Below are positions 1 through 9,202 of a DNA stretch of 64,000 nucleotides, piece after piece (the first letter of the stretch is position 1; the number at the start of each line of letters is the position of its first letter). Made by a program: the position numbers and the translations under genes. The notes under the pieces were generated by a model. It did no database searches and had not been told where the DNA came from. It saw only the letters and a program-made list of their open reading frames with translations. Origin of the DNA: an uncultured Verrucomicrobiaceae bacterium (GTDB taxonomy: Bacteria > Pseudomonadota > Gammaproteobacteria > Pseudomonadales > CAMLJR01); the NCBI GenBank assembly GCA_964500675.1, contig CAZCNY010000004.1, positions 140,361-204,360 of the forward strand, read 5' to 3'.

Positions 1-224
1 ACGCGAAAGCGGCCCGGATTGTTGCTGAGCATTTCAATCTGATCGCCACATGCGACACCGGTGACAAATAGCGGTGAATGCAACAAACGGTAAACATTTT
101 TTCCGGGCTCGGCCAATGCGCGCACTTTCTCAAGCACGGGTTGGCCGTTGGGATGGATACCCGCGAGCAAACTCAATTCGACGCTGCCTGGACTGGCGTG
201 AGTGGTGTCAGATTGCATACCCAT
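1..224 (-). CDS. hypothetical protein, N-terminal 74 codons only (gene runs off the left edge of the window)
   Basis: Own translation of the minus strand from the ATG at 224-222 gives MGMQSDTTHASPGSVELSLLAGIHPNGQPVLEKVRALAEPGKNVYRLLHSPLFVTGVACGDQIEMLSNNPGRFR. It is open to position 1. It is absent from the ORF track because it is truncated. No family recognised with certainty. Confidence 0.4.
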   Translation of the reverse strand, partial: MGMQSDTTHASPGSVELSLLAGIHPNGQPVLEKVRALAEPGKNVYRLLHSPLFVTGVACGDQIEMLSNNPGRFR

Positions 225-336
225 TGTCCCTACTAACGACATGACCTACCAACGAAATGACCTACCAACGAAATGACCTACCAACGAAATGACCTACCGA
301 CGAAATGACCTACTCATGAAATCGTCTACCGGTGAA
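225..336. repeat. 16-bp tandem repeat, about 6-7 units (consensus ATGACCTACCAACGAA)
   Basis: Read directly. Units start at 241, 257 and 273 (identical), 289 (1 mismatch), 305 and 321 (degenerate), with a degenerate unit at 225-240. The array lies between two divergent genes. Confidence 0.9.
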
Positions 337-535
337 AGGATCCATCAATTAAACATGCATAACTGAATTCGATTAATAGTCGCGCTGCACATTTTCGCGG
401 CATTTTGCATAGGGTGTTTTCGCTATTGCAATTGGCCTGATACACTTTGCCTGGAAATGCCACTTACCTCCAAATACAATACCTCCAGAAAACGCAGCGC
501 ACCTAGAAAATACAACAAATAGCACAGGCGGCATC

Positions 536-934
536 ATGCACGAAAGCGAACTCGACGACACCCCCATCCCGCGCGGCGAACTGATGCTGCAAACCGTGGC
601 GATGCCGAAGGATACCAACTCCAATGGCGATATCTTCGGTGGCTGGCTCGTCTCACAGATGGACTTGGCCGCGATGATCACCGCGACGCGCATCGCCAAG
701 GGCCGCGCCGCAACCGTCGCGATCAACGGCATGGCGTTCTACACACCGGTGCAGGTCGGCTCGGTGGTGACGTGCTACACCGAAGTGCTCGAAATCGGTC
801 GCAGCTCGATCCGCATCAACGTCGAAGTCTGGATATTGCGTCCGCGGCAGGACGAACGTGTAAAAGTTACCGAAGGTGAATTTGTTTTCGTCGCCATCGA
901 TGAAAAAGGCCGCACGCGCCACATTCCCCGCTGA
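536..934 (+). CDS. yciA: acyl-CoA thioester hydrolase, YciA-like (hotdog fold)
   Basis: The 132-aa ORF has a GELMLQTVAMPKDTNSNGDIFGGWL...FVFVAIDEKGR pattern typical of YciA thioesterases. Confidence 0.85.
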   Translation: MHESELDDTPIPRGELMLQTVAMPKDTNSNGDIFGGWLVSQMDLAAMITATRIAKGRAATVAINGMAFYTPVQVGSVVTCYTEVLEIGRSSIRINVEVWILRPRQDERVKVTEGEFVFVAIDEKGRTRHIPR

Positions 935-1007
935 TTTTGTAAAATTCGCCCTCACCGATAACCGTCTTCTTTAGACCCTTCAGGATTCGCGGGGAGAACG
1001 GAACATC

Positions 1008-3236
1008 TCAAGCGAGCATCTGTAAATTCGCGTACTGCAGCACCAGCCACTTGCTGCCCTCATCGGCGAAATTCACCTGCACGCGCGCCGCGGCGCCGCG
1101 CCCCTCAAAATTCAGCACCACGCCCTCGCCAAAAATTTCGTGATAGACGCGCTGACCGAGATTGATACCGGCGGATATTCTTGTGCCTTCCACAGAATCG
1201 GGAACCGCGTTGCGATGCAGCGACAGCGGCCGCGTCACGCTCGATTGCAAACGCACTTCCTGCAGCAGTGTTTTCGGAATTTCACGCAGGAAACGCGACG
1301 GCGCATGGTAATTGTCTTCGCCGTATAACCGGCGCGATTTCGCATACGTCAAAACGAGTTTTTGCATCGCGCGCGTGATGCCGACATAACACAGGCGGCG
1401 CTCTTCCTCGATCTGCGCCGGATCATCCATCGACATTTTATGCGGGAATAAATTCTCTTCGAGACCGACGATGAACACCAGCGGAAATTCCAATCCTTTC
1501 GCCGAATGCAGCGTCATCAATTGCACGCTGTCCTCGTACGCGGCCGCTTCGTGTTCACCCGCATCGAGCGCGGCCTGATCGAGGAACGCATTGAGCAGCG
1601 GCACCGCTTCGTCTTCGGCATCGAATTCGCCCGCAGCGACGACAAGCTCCTGCAAGTTCTCGACGCGCGCCTGACCTTTTTCGCCTTTTTCATTTTTGTG
1701 AAATTCGAGTAAACCCGATGCATTCACCACATGATCGGTCAAGTCGTCGAGGCTCATGTCGTCGGTTTCCGCATCGAGCCGATCGATCAATTGCATGAAT
1801 TGCAATAACGCATTCGCCGCGCGCGCCGGTAGCAATTTGCGCTCGATCACTTCGCTCGCGGCACGCCACATCGACACGGCTTGCGCGCGCGCGCCCGTTT
1901 GTTCGCGAGCATAGGCGCGCACAACCTCGACGGTTTTATCGCCGATGCCGCGCGTCGGTGTATTGATCACGCGCTCGATAGCGGTATCGTCGTCGCGATT
2001 GATGAGCAGGCGCAAATAGGCGATGGCGTTTTTGATTTCGAGCCGATCGTAGAAACGCAGGCCGCCGTAAATGCGATATGGCACGCCGCTGCGAATCAAT
2101 GCCTCTTCGAGTACGCGCGACTGCGCGTTCGAGCGGTACAGAATCGCCGAGCTTGAGCGCGCGTTTCCATGCTCGTGCCAACTCTGCAAACGCTCGACGA
2201 CGAAACGCGCCTCATCGATTTCGTTATACGCCGTGTACAGCGCAATCGGCTCACCCTCGTCGCCGCTTGTCCACAACTCTTTGCCGAGACGGCCGTGGTT
2301 GTGTGCGATCACCGCGTTCGCGGCCGCGAGAATCGTCTGTGTCGAACGGTAATTTTGTTCGAGGCGAACCAATTGCGTGCCCGGAAAATCTTTGGAAAAT
2401 TGCTGAATGTTTTCGATGCGCGCACCGCGCCAGCCGTAAATCGATTGATCGTCGTCGCCGACCGCCGCCACGGGCACACGCGCGCCCGCGAGCACGCGCA
2501 GCCACGCGTATTGCACGGTATTGGTGTCCTGAAATTCGTCGACGAGAATGTAGCGAAAGCGCTGCTGATAGTGCTGCAAAATCGCGGGTTGCTTGAGCCA
2601 CAATTCGTGCGCGCGCAATAGCAACTCGGCAAAATCGACCACACCTTGACGGTCGCACGCCTGCTCGTACGCGTGATAAACCTTCACCATCACCTGCATG
2701 AACAGATCGCGCGAATTGTGATCCAAAGACCCTGAAGGGTCTAAATGCGCTGCGCGCAAGCCTTCGTCTTTTTGCGCGTTGATGAACCACTGCGATTGTT
2801 TCGGCGGCCAGCGCGCTTCGTCGAGTTCGAGTTCGCGGTGAATGCGCTTCAAGATGCGCAACTGATCATCGCTGTCAAGAATCTGAAAATTTTCGACAAG
2901 ACCCGCCTCGCGCCAATGCGCCTTGAGCAAACGGTGCGCAAGACCGTGAAACGTGCCGACCCACATACCGCGCGTATTTATGCCCCCCGGAGTATTGATA
3001 CCGAGCAGATGGTCGATGCGCTCGCGCATTTCGCGCGCGGCCTTATTCGTAAAAGTCACCGCGAGAATGCTGTACGGCGACAGGCCCTCGGCTTGCACGA
3101 GCCAGGCGATACGATGCACGAGCACGCGCGTTTTGCCCGAACCGGCACCCGCGAGCACAAGCATATTGCCCGGCTCCGCCGTGACGGCCTGGCGCTGCGC
3201 ATCGTTGAGATCATTGAGAATATGAGAGACGTCCAT
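1008..3236 (-). CDS. uvrD: DNA helicase II (SF1A), UvrD
   Basis: 742 aa. N-terminal LNDAQRQAV...LAGAGSGKTRVLVHRIAWL...AVTFTNKAAREMRERI, then DEFQDTN, QNYRST and VGITRA motifs. The C-terminal FGEGVV...WLVLQYANL tail is typical of UvrD. Confidence 0.93.
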   Translation of the reverse strand: MDVSHILNDLNDAQRQAVTAEPGNMLVLAGAGSGKTRVLVHRIAWLVQAEGLSPYSILAVTFTNKAAREMRERIDHLLGINTPGGINTRGMWVGTFHGLAHRLLKAHWREAGLVENFQILDSDDQLRILKRIHRELELDEARWPPKQSQWFINAQKDEGLRAAHLDPSGSLDHNSRDLFMQVMVKVYHAYEQACDRQGVVDFAELLLRAHELWLKQPAILQHYQQRFRYILVDEFQDTNTVQYAWLRVLAGARVPVAAVGDDDQSIYGWRGARIENIQQFSKDFPGTQLVRLEQNYRSTQTILAAANAVIAHNHGRLGKELWTSGDEGEPIALYTAYNEIDEARFVVERLQSWHEHGNARSSSAILYRSNAQSRVLEEALIRSGVPYRIYGGLRFYDRLEIKNAIAYLRLLINRDDDTAIERVINTPTRGIGDKTVEVVRAYAREQTGARAQAVSMWRAASEVIERKLLPARAANALLQFMQLIDRLDAETDDMSLDDLTDHVVNASGLLEFHKNEKGEKGQARVENLQELVVAAGEFDAEDEAVPLLNAFLDQAALDAGEHEAAAYEDSVQLMTLHSAKGLEFPLVFIVGLEENLFPHKMSMDDPAQIEEERRLCYVGITRAMQKLVLTYAKSRRLYGEDNYHAPSRFLREIPKTLLQEVRLQSSVTRPLSLHRNAVPDSVEGTRISAGINLGQRVYHEIFGEGVVLNFEGRGAAARVQVNFADEGSKWLVLQYANLQMLA

Positions 3237-3343
3237 CGCGGCATTTTACCAGTCAAAGCATGACGCGGTCGAAGCGGCGTCAATTTTCGATATCCGGTTA
3301 ATAATTACACTACAATGGGCGCAGCAAGAAAGAGAGCCGCGAC

Positions 3344-4186
3344 GTGTCTTCGAATATTTTTCAAAGCATCAACACCGCCCGCGACCACCTGCGCAAATCC
3401 GAACGCAAGGTGGCAGACTATGTGTTGCTGCACCCCGAGGATGTCATTCGCATGCGTATCGTCGATCTCGCGCAGGCGGCACAAGTGAGCGAGCCGACCG
3501 TGGTGCGCTTCTGCCGCGCGATCGATTGCAACAGCTTTCAGGCCTTCAAACTCGAACTCGCGCAATATCTCGCCAACCACCCGCCGCTCGAACAATTCAG
3601 CCTCGATGAAAAAGATTCGGTACGCGATTACACCTTCAAGGTATTCGATGCGCTGCTCGACACACTCAAACGCGTGCGCGAGCACGTCGACATCGAAGCG
3701 ATCGAAAAAGCCGTCAACGAACTTTCGCGCGCGCGCCGCGTCGAGTTTTATGGCTTCGGCGCTTCGGGTGCCGTCGCAGTAGATGCGCAACACAAATTTT
3801 TCCGGCTGCAGATTTCGAGTGCAGCGTATTCCGATCCGCACATTCAAGCGATGTCGGCACTATCGCTGGGCAAAGAAGATGTCGTCGTGGCGATTTCGCA
3901 AAGCGGACGCACGAGCGCGCTGCTGGAAGCGATGGCGCTCGCGCATCAAGGCAGCGCGCGCATCATCGGTCTCGCGCCGAGCGGCACACCCGTCGCACAA
4001 CAATGCGATATTCCGATTCACATCGACGTGGAAGAGGATGCCGAAAACTACACGCCATTGCCGTCGCGGCTCGCACACATGGCGGTGATCGATATCCTCG
4101 CGGTTGGTGTCGCGCACACGAAAGGGCCGGAAATCGGCGAACATCTACGCAAATTAAATCGGGAATTGTTGTCGCTGCGCAGTTGA
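3344..4186 (+). CDS. hexR: RpiR/HexR-family transcriptional regulator (HTH_6 + SIS domain)
   Basis: 280 aa with a GTG start. The KSERKVADYVL...VSEPTVVRFCRAI...FKLELAQ pattern closely resembles HexR/YebK. The C-terminal half is SIS-like. The genomic context is not zwf/eda, so the symbol is tentative. Confidence 0.7.
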   Translation: MSSNIFQSINTARDHLRKSERKVADYVLLHPEDVIRMRIVDLAQAAQVSEPTVVRFCRAIDCNSFQAFKLELAQYLANHPPLEQFSLDEKDSVRDYTFKVFDALLDTLKRVREHVDIEAIEKAVNELSRARRVEFYGFGASGAVAVDAQHKFFRLQISSAAYSDPHIQAMSALSLGKEDVVVAISQSGRTSALLEAMALAHQGSARIIGLAPSGTPVAQQCDIPIHIDVEEDAENYTPLPSRLAHMAVIDILAVGVAHTKGPEIGEHLRKLNRELLSLRS

Positions 4187-4262
4187 TTTGAACAAATAGG
4201 CTTCAACGCGTTAAGTTTTTGGGTTATTCAAGAGAAATTGAAACGAGGATCGATTTATTAAA

Positions 4263-4300
4263 GGCGGATTCAATTCCGATGTGCTACGAGTTGAATCCGC
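4263..4300. terminator. hairpin between the hexR-like gene and the convergent acyltransferase gene
   Basis: A 10-11 bp perfect stem, GGCGGATTCAA (4263-4273) pairing with TTGAATCCGC (4291-4300), with a 17-nt loop and only a weak T-run. It lies between two convergent stop codons. Confidence 0.4.
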
Positions 4301-4304
4301 TGCT

Positions 4305-5395
4305 CTATTTAGCTGCGTTCGTATCGACTGATGGGTTGCTAATGCCTTCTTCAGATGATTGGGGTTTCTTTACATAATGATTGCCGCGAAACAGAAACCA
4401 CTTTTCGACCGTGTGCCACATCGCAATTGCGCAGACTATTGTCGCGAGGGTAACCATAATCAAAAAGTACAATGGGCTTTGCTGGAACCAGCCCGCGTGC
4501 AAGAAAATTTGAATAATTGGAAAGTGAAGAATATAAATCCCATAAGAGAAATCGCCAAATTTTCCAACATTACCGGCATACAGAAATAACCCGAAAAAGA
4601 TAACGATCGTAGCGAGAGAAAAAGGCTCAAGGAGTGTTAGTGATAAGAACATATTTGCTATAAGGACTAGACTTGCCGCAGCTAGAAAGTGTCCTTTGTA
4701 GCGTTCAAATAATGGCAAGAAGTAATAGAAAAATGCCCCTGACATGAAGTACGAAAGCTGCCCAGGAAGTTGGCGGCTAATTTCAAAATATATAGAAGAG
4801 CCCGTGCGTTCTGCTATCGCTGTCAATATGCAGGAATAGATTACCGATGAGCAATATAAAAATACGAGTATCGAAAATACGGAAAACCTTCGAAACAAGA
4901 ATTTGACGCAGGGAACCGTCAGATAAAACATCACTTCAATTTTTAGCGTCCATAGCGAACCATTAACAGCTCCCAGTTTATTAGCTTCAAACACGCCAGG
5001 AAGTTTTGGTTGCAAGAAATTCAGGAAAGTGAGGTTCGCAAGAGTGTATTTGACCCAATCGCTCGAAAAGTAGCCGCCAAAATCTTTTGAACTGACAGCT
5101 ACCAAACCAATTGCGCATAACATCACTACGGTAAAATAAGCTGGATAAATGCGCCGAGAGCGCTTGCTGGCGTATGAGAAAAAGGAGGATGAGCGGTCAT
5201 AGCTCATGAAAATTAAAAATCCGCTGAGGACAAAAACGCTTTTACCGCTACCGCTGAAGAGAAAACGTGGCTGATCCACGCCAACTGTCGATAACCAGAC
5301 AACTCGTGAGCGTGAACCAGGCAAACGGTTCCGGCGAACAATAACCGCAGCAAATCGAAGTTGTTTCTTGTCAATCGAAAACTATCGTGCGGCAA
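4305..5395 (-). pseudogene. acyltransferase family 3 (OafA/YrhL-like membrane O-acyltransferase), split by a -1/+1 frameshift
   Basis: Two ORFs (5213-5395 and 4305-5324) together read as one acyltransferase-3 protein. The N-terminal piece reads NNFDLLRLLFAGTVCLVHAHEL...AVAVKAF and the rest reads VLSGFLIFMSY...RRIYPAYF. The frames switch at a T5 run (plus-strand AAAAA, 5232-5236). The gene is visibly AT-rich relative to its flanks. Confidence 0.75.
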
Positions 5396-5487
5396 AAATT
5401 AAACTCCAGAATGTTCGTCGAGCAGCTGTGCGTGAGTTTGAAAAATATACCTATGACCTCGGGCTGGCCGGCCGTCATGGTAAAGCA

Positions 5488-5961
5488 TCAAGCGCGATTT
5501 TGTGCCAGCCAGCGATCGAGCGCATTCGCGAATTTGGCTTTGTCGGTGTTGTCGAGCGGCGGTGGGCCGCCGGCGGTTTGGCCGCTACTGCGAATTTCTT
5601 CCATGAGGTTGCGCACGCGCAAACGTTCGCGAATATTTTCTTTATGCAAAATTTCGCCGCGCGGGTTGATGACGGCGACGCCGTTGGGAATGACGTTGGC
5701 CGCGAGCGGAATGTCGTTGGTGATGACGAGATCGCCGCGCCGTGCGTTTTCTTCGATGTAGCGATCGGCGGCGTCGAAACCCGGTTCTACCTGCACGCGT
5801 CGAATCCACTGCGATGCGGGAATTTGCAGCGCTTGATGCGCGACGAGAATCAGCCGCCGTTGCAAGCGCGTCGCCGCGCGATACAGCACGTCTTTTAAAA
5901 TGCGCGGACACGCGTCGGCATCGACCCAGATCGTGCCCTTTTCGCCGTTCCCTGCATTCAC
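5488..5961 (-). CDS. yaiI: UPF0178 / YaiI-YqxD family protein (DUF188)
   Basis: 157 aa with the IWVDADACP...DLVITNDIPLAA signature. Its start overlaps the stop of the upstream gene by 4 nt. Confidence 0.85.
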   Translation of the reverse strand: MNAGNGEKGTIWVDADACPRILKDVLYRAATRLQRRLILVAHQALQIPASQWIRRVQVEPGFDAADRYIEENARRGDLVITNDIPLAANVIPNGVAVINPRGEILHKENIRERLRVRNLMEEIRSSGQTAGGPPPLDNTDKAKFANALDRWLAQNRA

Positions 5962-7655
5962 GGTTTACTGGGCCCCGATGCGGGCGGCGCTTCATCGCTT
6001 TGGTAATGCACCGTCATTTGCGGGAATGGAATGGTCCAGTCGTGTTTGTTCGCGCATTCGATCGCGAATTTTTGCAGCCAGCGCTGAATGCGGAAATACA
6101 TTTCAGCCGCTTCGCCATTGAACGTCGCGGTGATGCGAAAATCGATCGACGACGCGCTCGCCGCTTTGAGTTCTACATTGATGGCTTTGCGATGCGCGCC
6201 GAATTCGGTGTGTTCGATGGCGCCTTCGAGTTCATAGCGCAGCGTATCGACGATGGTGCTGGCAACTTCCGCCTGATGGCGATAATCGAAGCCGAAATCG
6301 GTGCCGACGGTAAACCCGCGTTTCGATAAATTTTGCGGGCGCTGAATCAGAAACTGATCGGTGCGATAGTTGACGATCGAATCGCCAAAATTGAGCTGCA
6401 CCGATTCGGGTGTTTGCAATTCGACGCGGCCGAACATGCCATCGAGCAGCAGCACAATATCGCCGACATCGGTTGGAAACCACGGCTCGCCGGGAAGTGA
6501 CGGGCGCGAGCTCATGCGCGAAATTTCCATGAGCGGCATGCGCATGAAAGCCCCGAGCGCGGGATTGTGCAGCAGCGTGTACATATCGAGCGCGACGATA
6601 CGCCACGGCAGGCCATTCATGATCAGGCGCTCGTTCTGCCGCAGCGAACCGAGATTGAGCAGCGTGCGCACCTCCATGACGTAGGTCGGCACCATGTTGC
6701 GCAGACTCAGCAGCACACCGATAAAAATAATCAGAAAGAGCGCGAATAATACCCACGCATCCACGGCGTATAACACCATGAGAAATGTGAGCGCGGCCAA
6801 CAGTACGCTCAAGAGTTGCGTCAGTAGATGCACGCCGCGTTCGACAAAAATGAGCCGCTCGTTGTAGCGATCGAGAATGGCTTTGCCGATAGCGCTGCCG
6901 AACAGGCGCACGACTAAAAAAATCGCCAGGCTCGCAGCTGATGCGAGCAGTAAATAGAGACCGATATTGATCGCAAATGAGCGCACGCCCGCCGCGATGG
7001 TTTTCGATAAATCGGACGGACGTTCGCGCTGTTCCTGCAACTGCCGATTGAGCGTATTGAGTTTCTGATCGATGTCGTCGTGACGATCCTTTATTTTGCT
7101 GGCGAGCGCTTTCAATGCGCGCAGCACCTGGGGATCTTTCACGCTCGCCTGCAACCGTTGCAGTTGCGCTAAACCATCATCGAGATTTTTGGATTGCGCG
7201 CGGTAGGAATTGATTTCGCCGTTGAGCTGTTCGATCAGACGCGGGCGCTCGGTGAGATCCTTCATCTCGCGCAGCAGCGGATGAATGATTTGAATCATGT
7301 CCTGCTGCCAATTGAAATCGGTTTGCGGTGTTGGCGTGAGCGGGTTCAGGCTGAAACTGAAATTATTCGTCGCGAGTTGCAGAAATTGATCGCGCAGATC
7401 GCTCAACTGTTTTTGCGTGGTCTCGATCTCCTTGTCGATTTCGATACTCGCAGGCCCCGAAGGTATTTTCGCCCGCCGTTCGTTGAGCGCATCGAGCGCG
7501 TGCTGCTCGCGCTCGGCGCTGTCGAGCAGTTGCGCCAATTGCTGTTCGAGATTCGGTTGAATCACCGTGTCGGCGGCTGGCGTCGCATCCGTCGCCGCAT
7601 GCAGCGGCGCGATAAATATTAGCGACAATGAAAGCAGTAAAATCAGCGTGCGCAT
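5958..7655 (-). CDS. mechanosensitive ion channel family protein (MscS-like, large periplasmic coiled-coil N-terminus)
   Basis: 565 aa with a signal peptide, a long coiled-coil region, multiple TM helices, then an MscS-type beta domain (GDIVLL..GMFGRVELQTP). Confidence 0.8.
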   Translation of the reverse strand: MRTLILLLSLSLIFIAPLHAATDATPAADTVIQPNLEQQLAQLLDSAEREQHALDALNERRAKIPSGPASIEIDKEIETTQKQLSDLRDQFLQLATNNFSFSLNPLTPTPQTDFNWQQDMIQIIHPLLREMKDLTERPRLIEQLNGEINSYRAQSKNLDDGLAQLQRLQASVKDPQVLRALKALASKIKDRHDDIDQKLNTLNRQLQEQRERPSDLSKTIAAGVRSFAINIGLYLLLASAASLAIFLVVRLFGSAIGKAILDRYNERLIFVERGVHLLTQLLSVLLAALTFLMVLYAVDAWVLFALFLIIFIGVLLSLRNMVPTYVMEVRTLLNLGSLRQNERLIMNGLPWRIVALDMYTLLHNPALGAFMRMPLMEISRMSSRPSLPGEPWFPTDVGDIVLLLDGMFGRVELQTPESVQLNFGDSIVNYRTDQFLIQRPQNLSKRGFTVGTDFGFDYRHQAEVASTIVDTLRYELEGAIEHTEFGAHRKAINVELKAASASSIDFRITATFNGEAAEMYFRIQRWLQKFAIECANKHDWTIPFPQMTVHYQSDEAPPASGPSKP

Positions 7656-7790
7656 GAATCGCTCTCGAGGATGAATCGCGCGCAGTATGCCGCAACCGCG
7701 TCGACCCGACTAGGCAGTGCGAGCGCGATTGACGAGAGCAAAAAAAGGCCGCGCTAGGCGGCCAGGGGTCTCCGCTGGGTGCGGATGGGA

Positions 7791-8252
7791 TTACTTGGCG
7801 GGAGCTGCTTCACCGTGCTCGTCACGCATGTGCGCGGGTCCATGATGCGGGCGCAAGCGCTCGCGCATTTTCCACTGCGCATCGAGTGCTTCCTGTTGCT
7901 TCGGCGTCAACACGCCATTGATCTGCGCGTGGGTTTGCTCGTGCTGCTTTTCCATGTCTGCGTGAAACGCTTCGAGCTGCGGTTTGTATTTGTCTTCGAT
8001 GGCCTTGCGCTGCGTGGCGCTGTCTTCGAGAATTTTCTTGACCTTGGCGGTTTGGTCATCGCTCAGCTGCAAGGTTTTTTGCAGGTGCGTTGCCTGCGCC
8101 GCGGGGTTCCACGTTTTGCCGTATGCTTCCGAGCACTGTTGTGGATGACTCGCGGGCATGGTTGCGACGGGGTGAGTGTTGGTCACCTGCGCGTTGGCGG
8201 CGGAGATAGCACCGATCAGGCCGCAAGCTAGCAGAAATTTTTTCATCGCCAT
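7791..8252 (-). CDS. periplasmic Spy/CpxP-family (LTXXQ-motif) stress protein
   Basis: 153 aa with a signal peptide (MAMKKFLLACGLIGAISAANA) and LQLSDDQ / LTPKQQEAL LTXXQ-like motifs. It sits immediately downstream of a BaeSR-like pair. Confidence 0.7.
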   Translation of the reverse strand: MAMKKFLLACGLIGAISAANAQVTNTHPVATMPASHPQQCSEAYGKTWNPAAQATHLQKTLQLSDDQTAKVKKILEDSATQRKAIEDKYKPQLEAFHADMEKQHEQTHAQINGVLTPKQQEALDAQWKMRERLRPHHGPAHMRDEHGEAAPAK

Positions 8253-8422
8253 TTCCTCTTGTGAATGAGTAACTCTTTAAGTTGCTAGCGCGCAGTATTT
8301 AGTGCGGTAGCGACTTAAGTTGTTGTCAGATTAGCGACTCTCTGTGCAGAAACTATGCAAACATTGCGCAGCGATCGCGAAAATGATCGATACGAGCAGT
8401 TAGTGCTTTGCTGCTCGTAAAA

Positions 8423-8457
8423 GTTCAAAGCGGTTCACAATAGTTCGAAGCCGTTCA
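8423..8457. promoter_or_regulatory. four direct GTTCR pentamers with exact 10-bp phasing (candidate OmpR-family response-regulator site)
   Basis: GTTCA at 8423, GTTCA at 8433, GTTCG at 8443 and GTTCA at 8453. The array lies between the response-regulator stop (8476) and the Spy-like gene start (8252). Confidence 0.4.
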
Positions 8458-8475
8458 TAAAAACTCGAACGTGCG

Positions 8476-9189
8476 TTACGAGAGCTCGAAACGATAACCC
8501 GCGCCATAAACCGAGTGAATGAATTCGCGCTCGGGCCAGGTTTCCGCAAGCTTCTTGCGCAGTTTTTTGATATGGCTGTCGATGGTGCGATCGCTGACGA
8601 TGCGATGATCGTTGTACATGCACGACATCAATTGATCGCGCGAGAAAATCCGCCCCGGTTCGCTGGCCAGCCGTTTGAGCAATTGAAACTCCACCAATGT
8701 CAGCGTCACCGTGCATTTTTCCAGGCGCACTTCGAGCCGGTTTTCATCGAGTGCGACATCGGCCGCGGTATTTTCGCTGGCGGCGGCGCGTGCGCGCCGC
8801 AACACGGCTTTGACACGCGATACCACTTCGCGCGGGCTGAAGGGTTTGCAGATGTAATCGTCGGCGCCGAGTTCGAGACCGAGCAGGCGATCGACTTCCT
8901 CGACGCGCGCGGTGACCATCAAAATCGGTACCTGCGAAAATGTGCGAATGTCGCGGCACAGGCTGATGCCGTCGCGTCCCGGCAGCATAAGATCGAGCAA
9001 CACCGCAGCGGGCTGCAAGGTTTTGATCGCATCGATCGCGCGATTGCCGTCGTCGATGCAGTGCGGTTCGAATTTCGATTGGCGCAAATAATCGGCGAGA
9101 AGGCTCGCCAGTTTTGGCTCATCCTCGATGATAAGAATGGTCTGGGATTCACTGCTTACCGTATTGGAAGAATTGGGCATAGTGTTCAC
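8476..9189 (-). CDS. baeR: OmpR-family response regulator, BaeR-like
   Basis: 237 aa. The ILIIEDEPKL..LLDLMLPGRDG..LCRDIR.FS..PI.MVTA.VEE.DRLLGLE.GADDYICKPFSPREVV pattern is close to E. coli BaeR as I recall it. The symbol rests on similarity and context only. Confidence 0.75.
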   Translation of the reverse strand: MNTMPNSSNTVSSESQTILIIEDEPKLASLLADYLRQSKFEPHCIDDGNRAIDAIKTLQPAAVLLDLMLPGRDGISLCRDIRTFSQVPILMVTARVEEVDRLLGLELGADDYICKPFSPREVVSRVKAVLRRARAAASENTAADVALDENRLEVRLEKCTVTLTLVEFQLLKRLASEPGRIFSRDQLMSCMYNDHRIVSDRTIDSHIKKLRKKLAETWPEREFIHSVYGAGYRFELS

Positions 9190-9202
9190 CGATACGGAGT
9201 TT

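Noticed and set aside
373-955. Minus-strand ORFs 373-732 and 653-955 overlapping yciA
   Set aside because: They are antisense to a confidently recognised thioesterase gene, have Arg/Ala-rich compositions typical of GC-rich shadow frames, and lack any recognisable motif.
3297-3309. GTTAATAATTACA upstream of the hexR-like gene as a possible HexR auto-operator
   Set aside because: It is only a partial palindrome (TGTAAT-T-ATTAAC on the other strand). I am relying on memory of the enterobacterial/Shewanella HexR motif, which may not apply to this lineage, so it is too weak to call.
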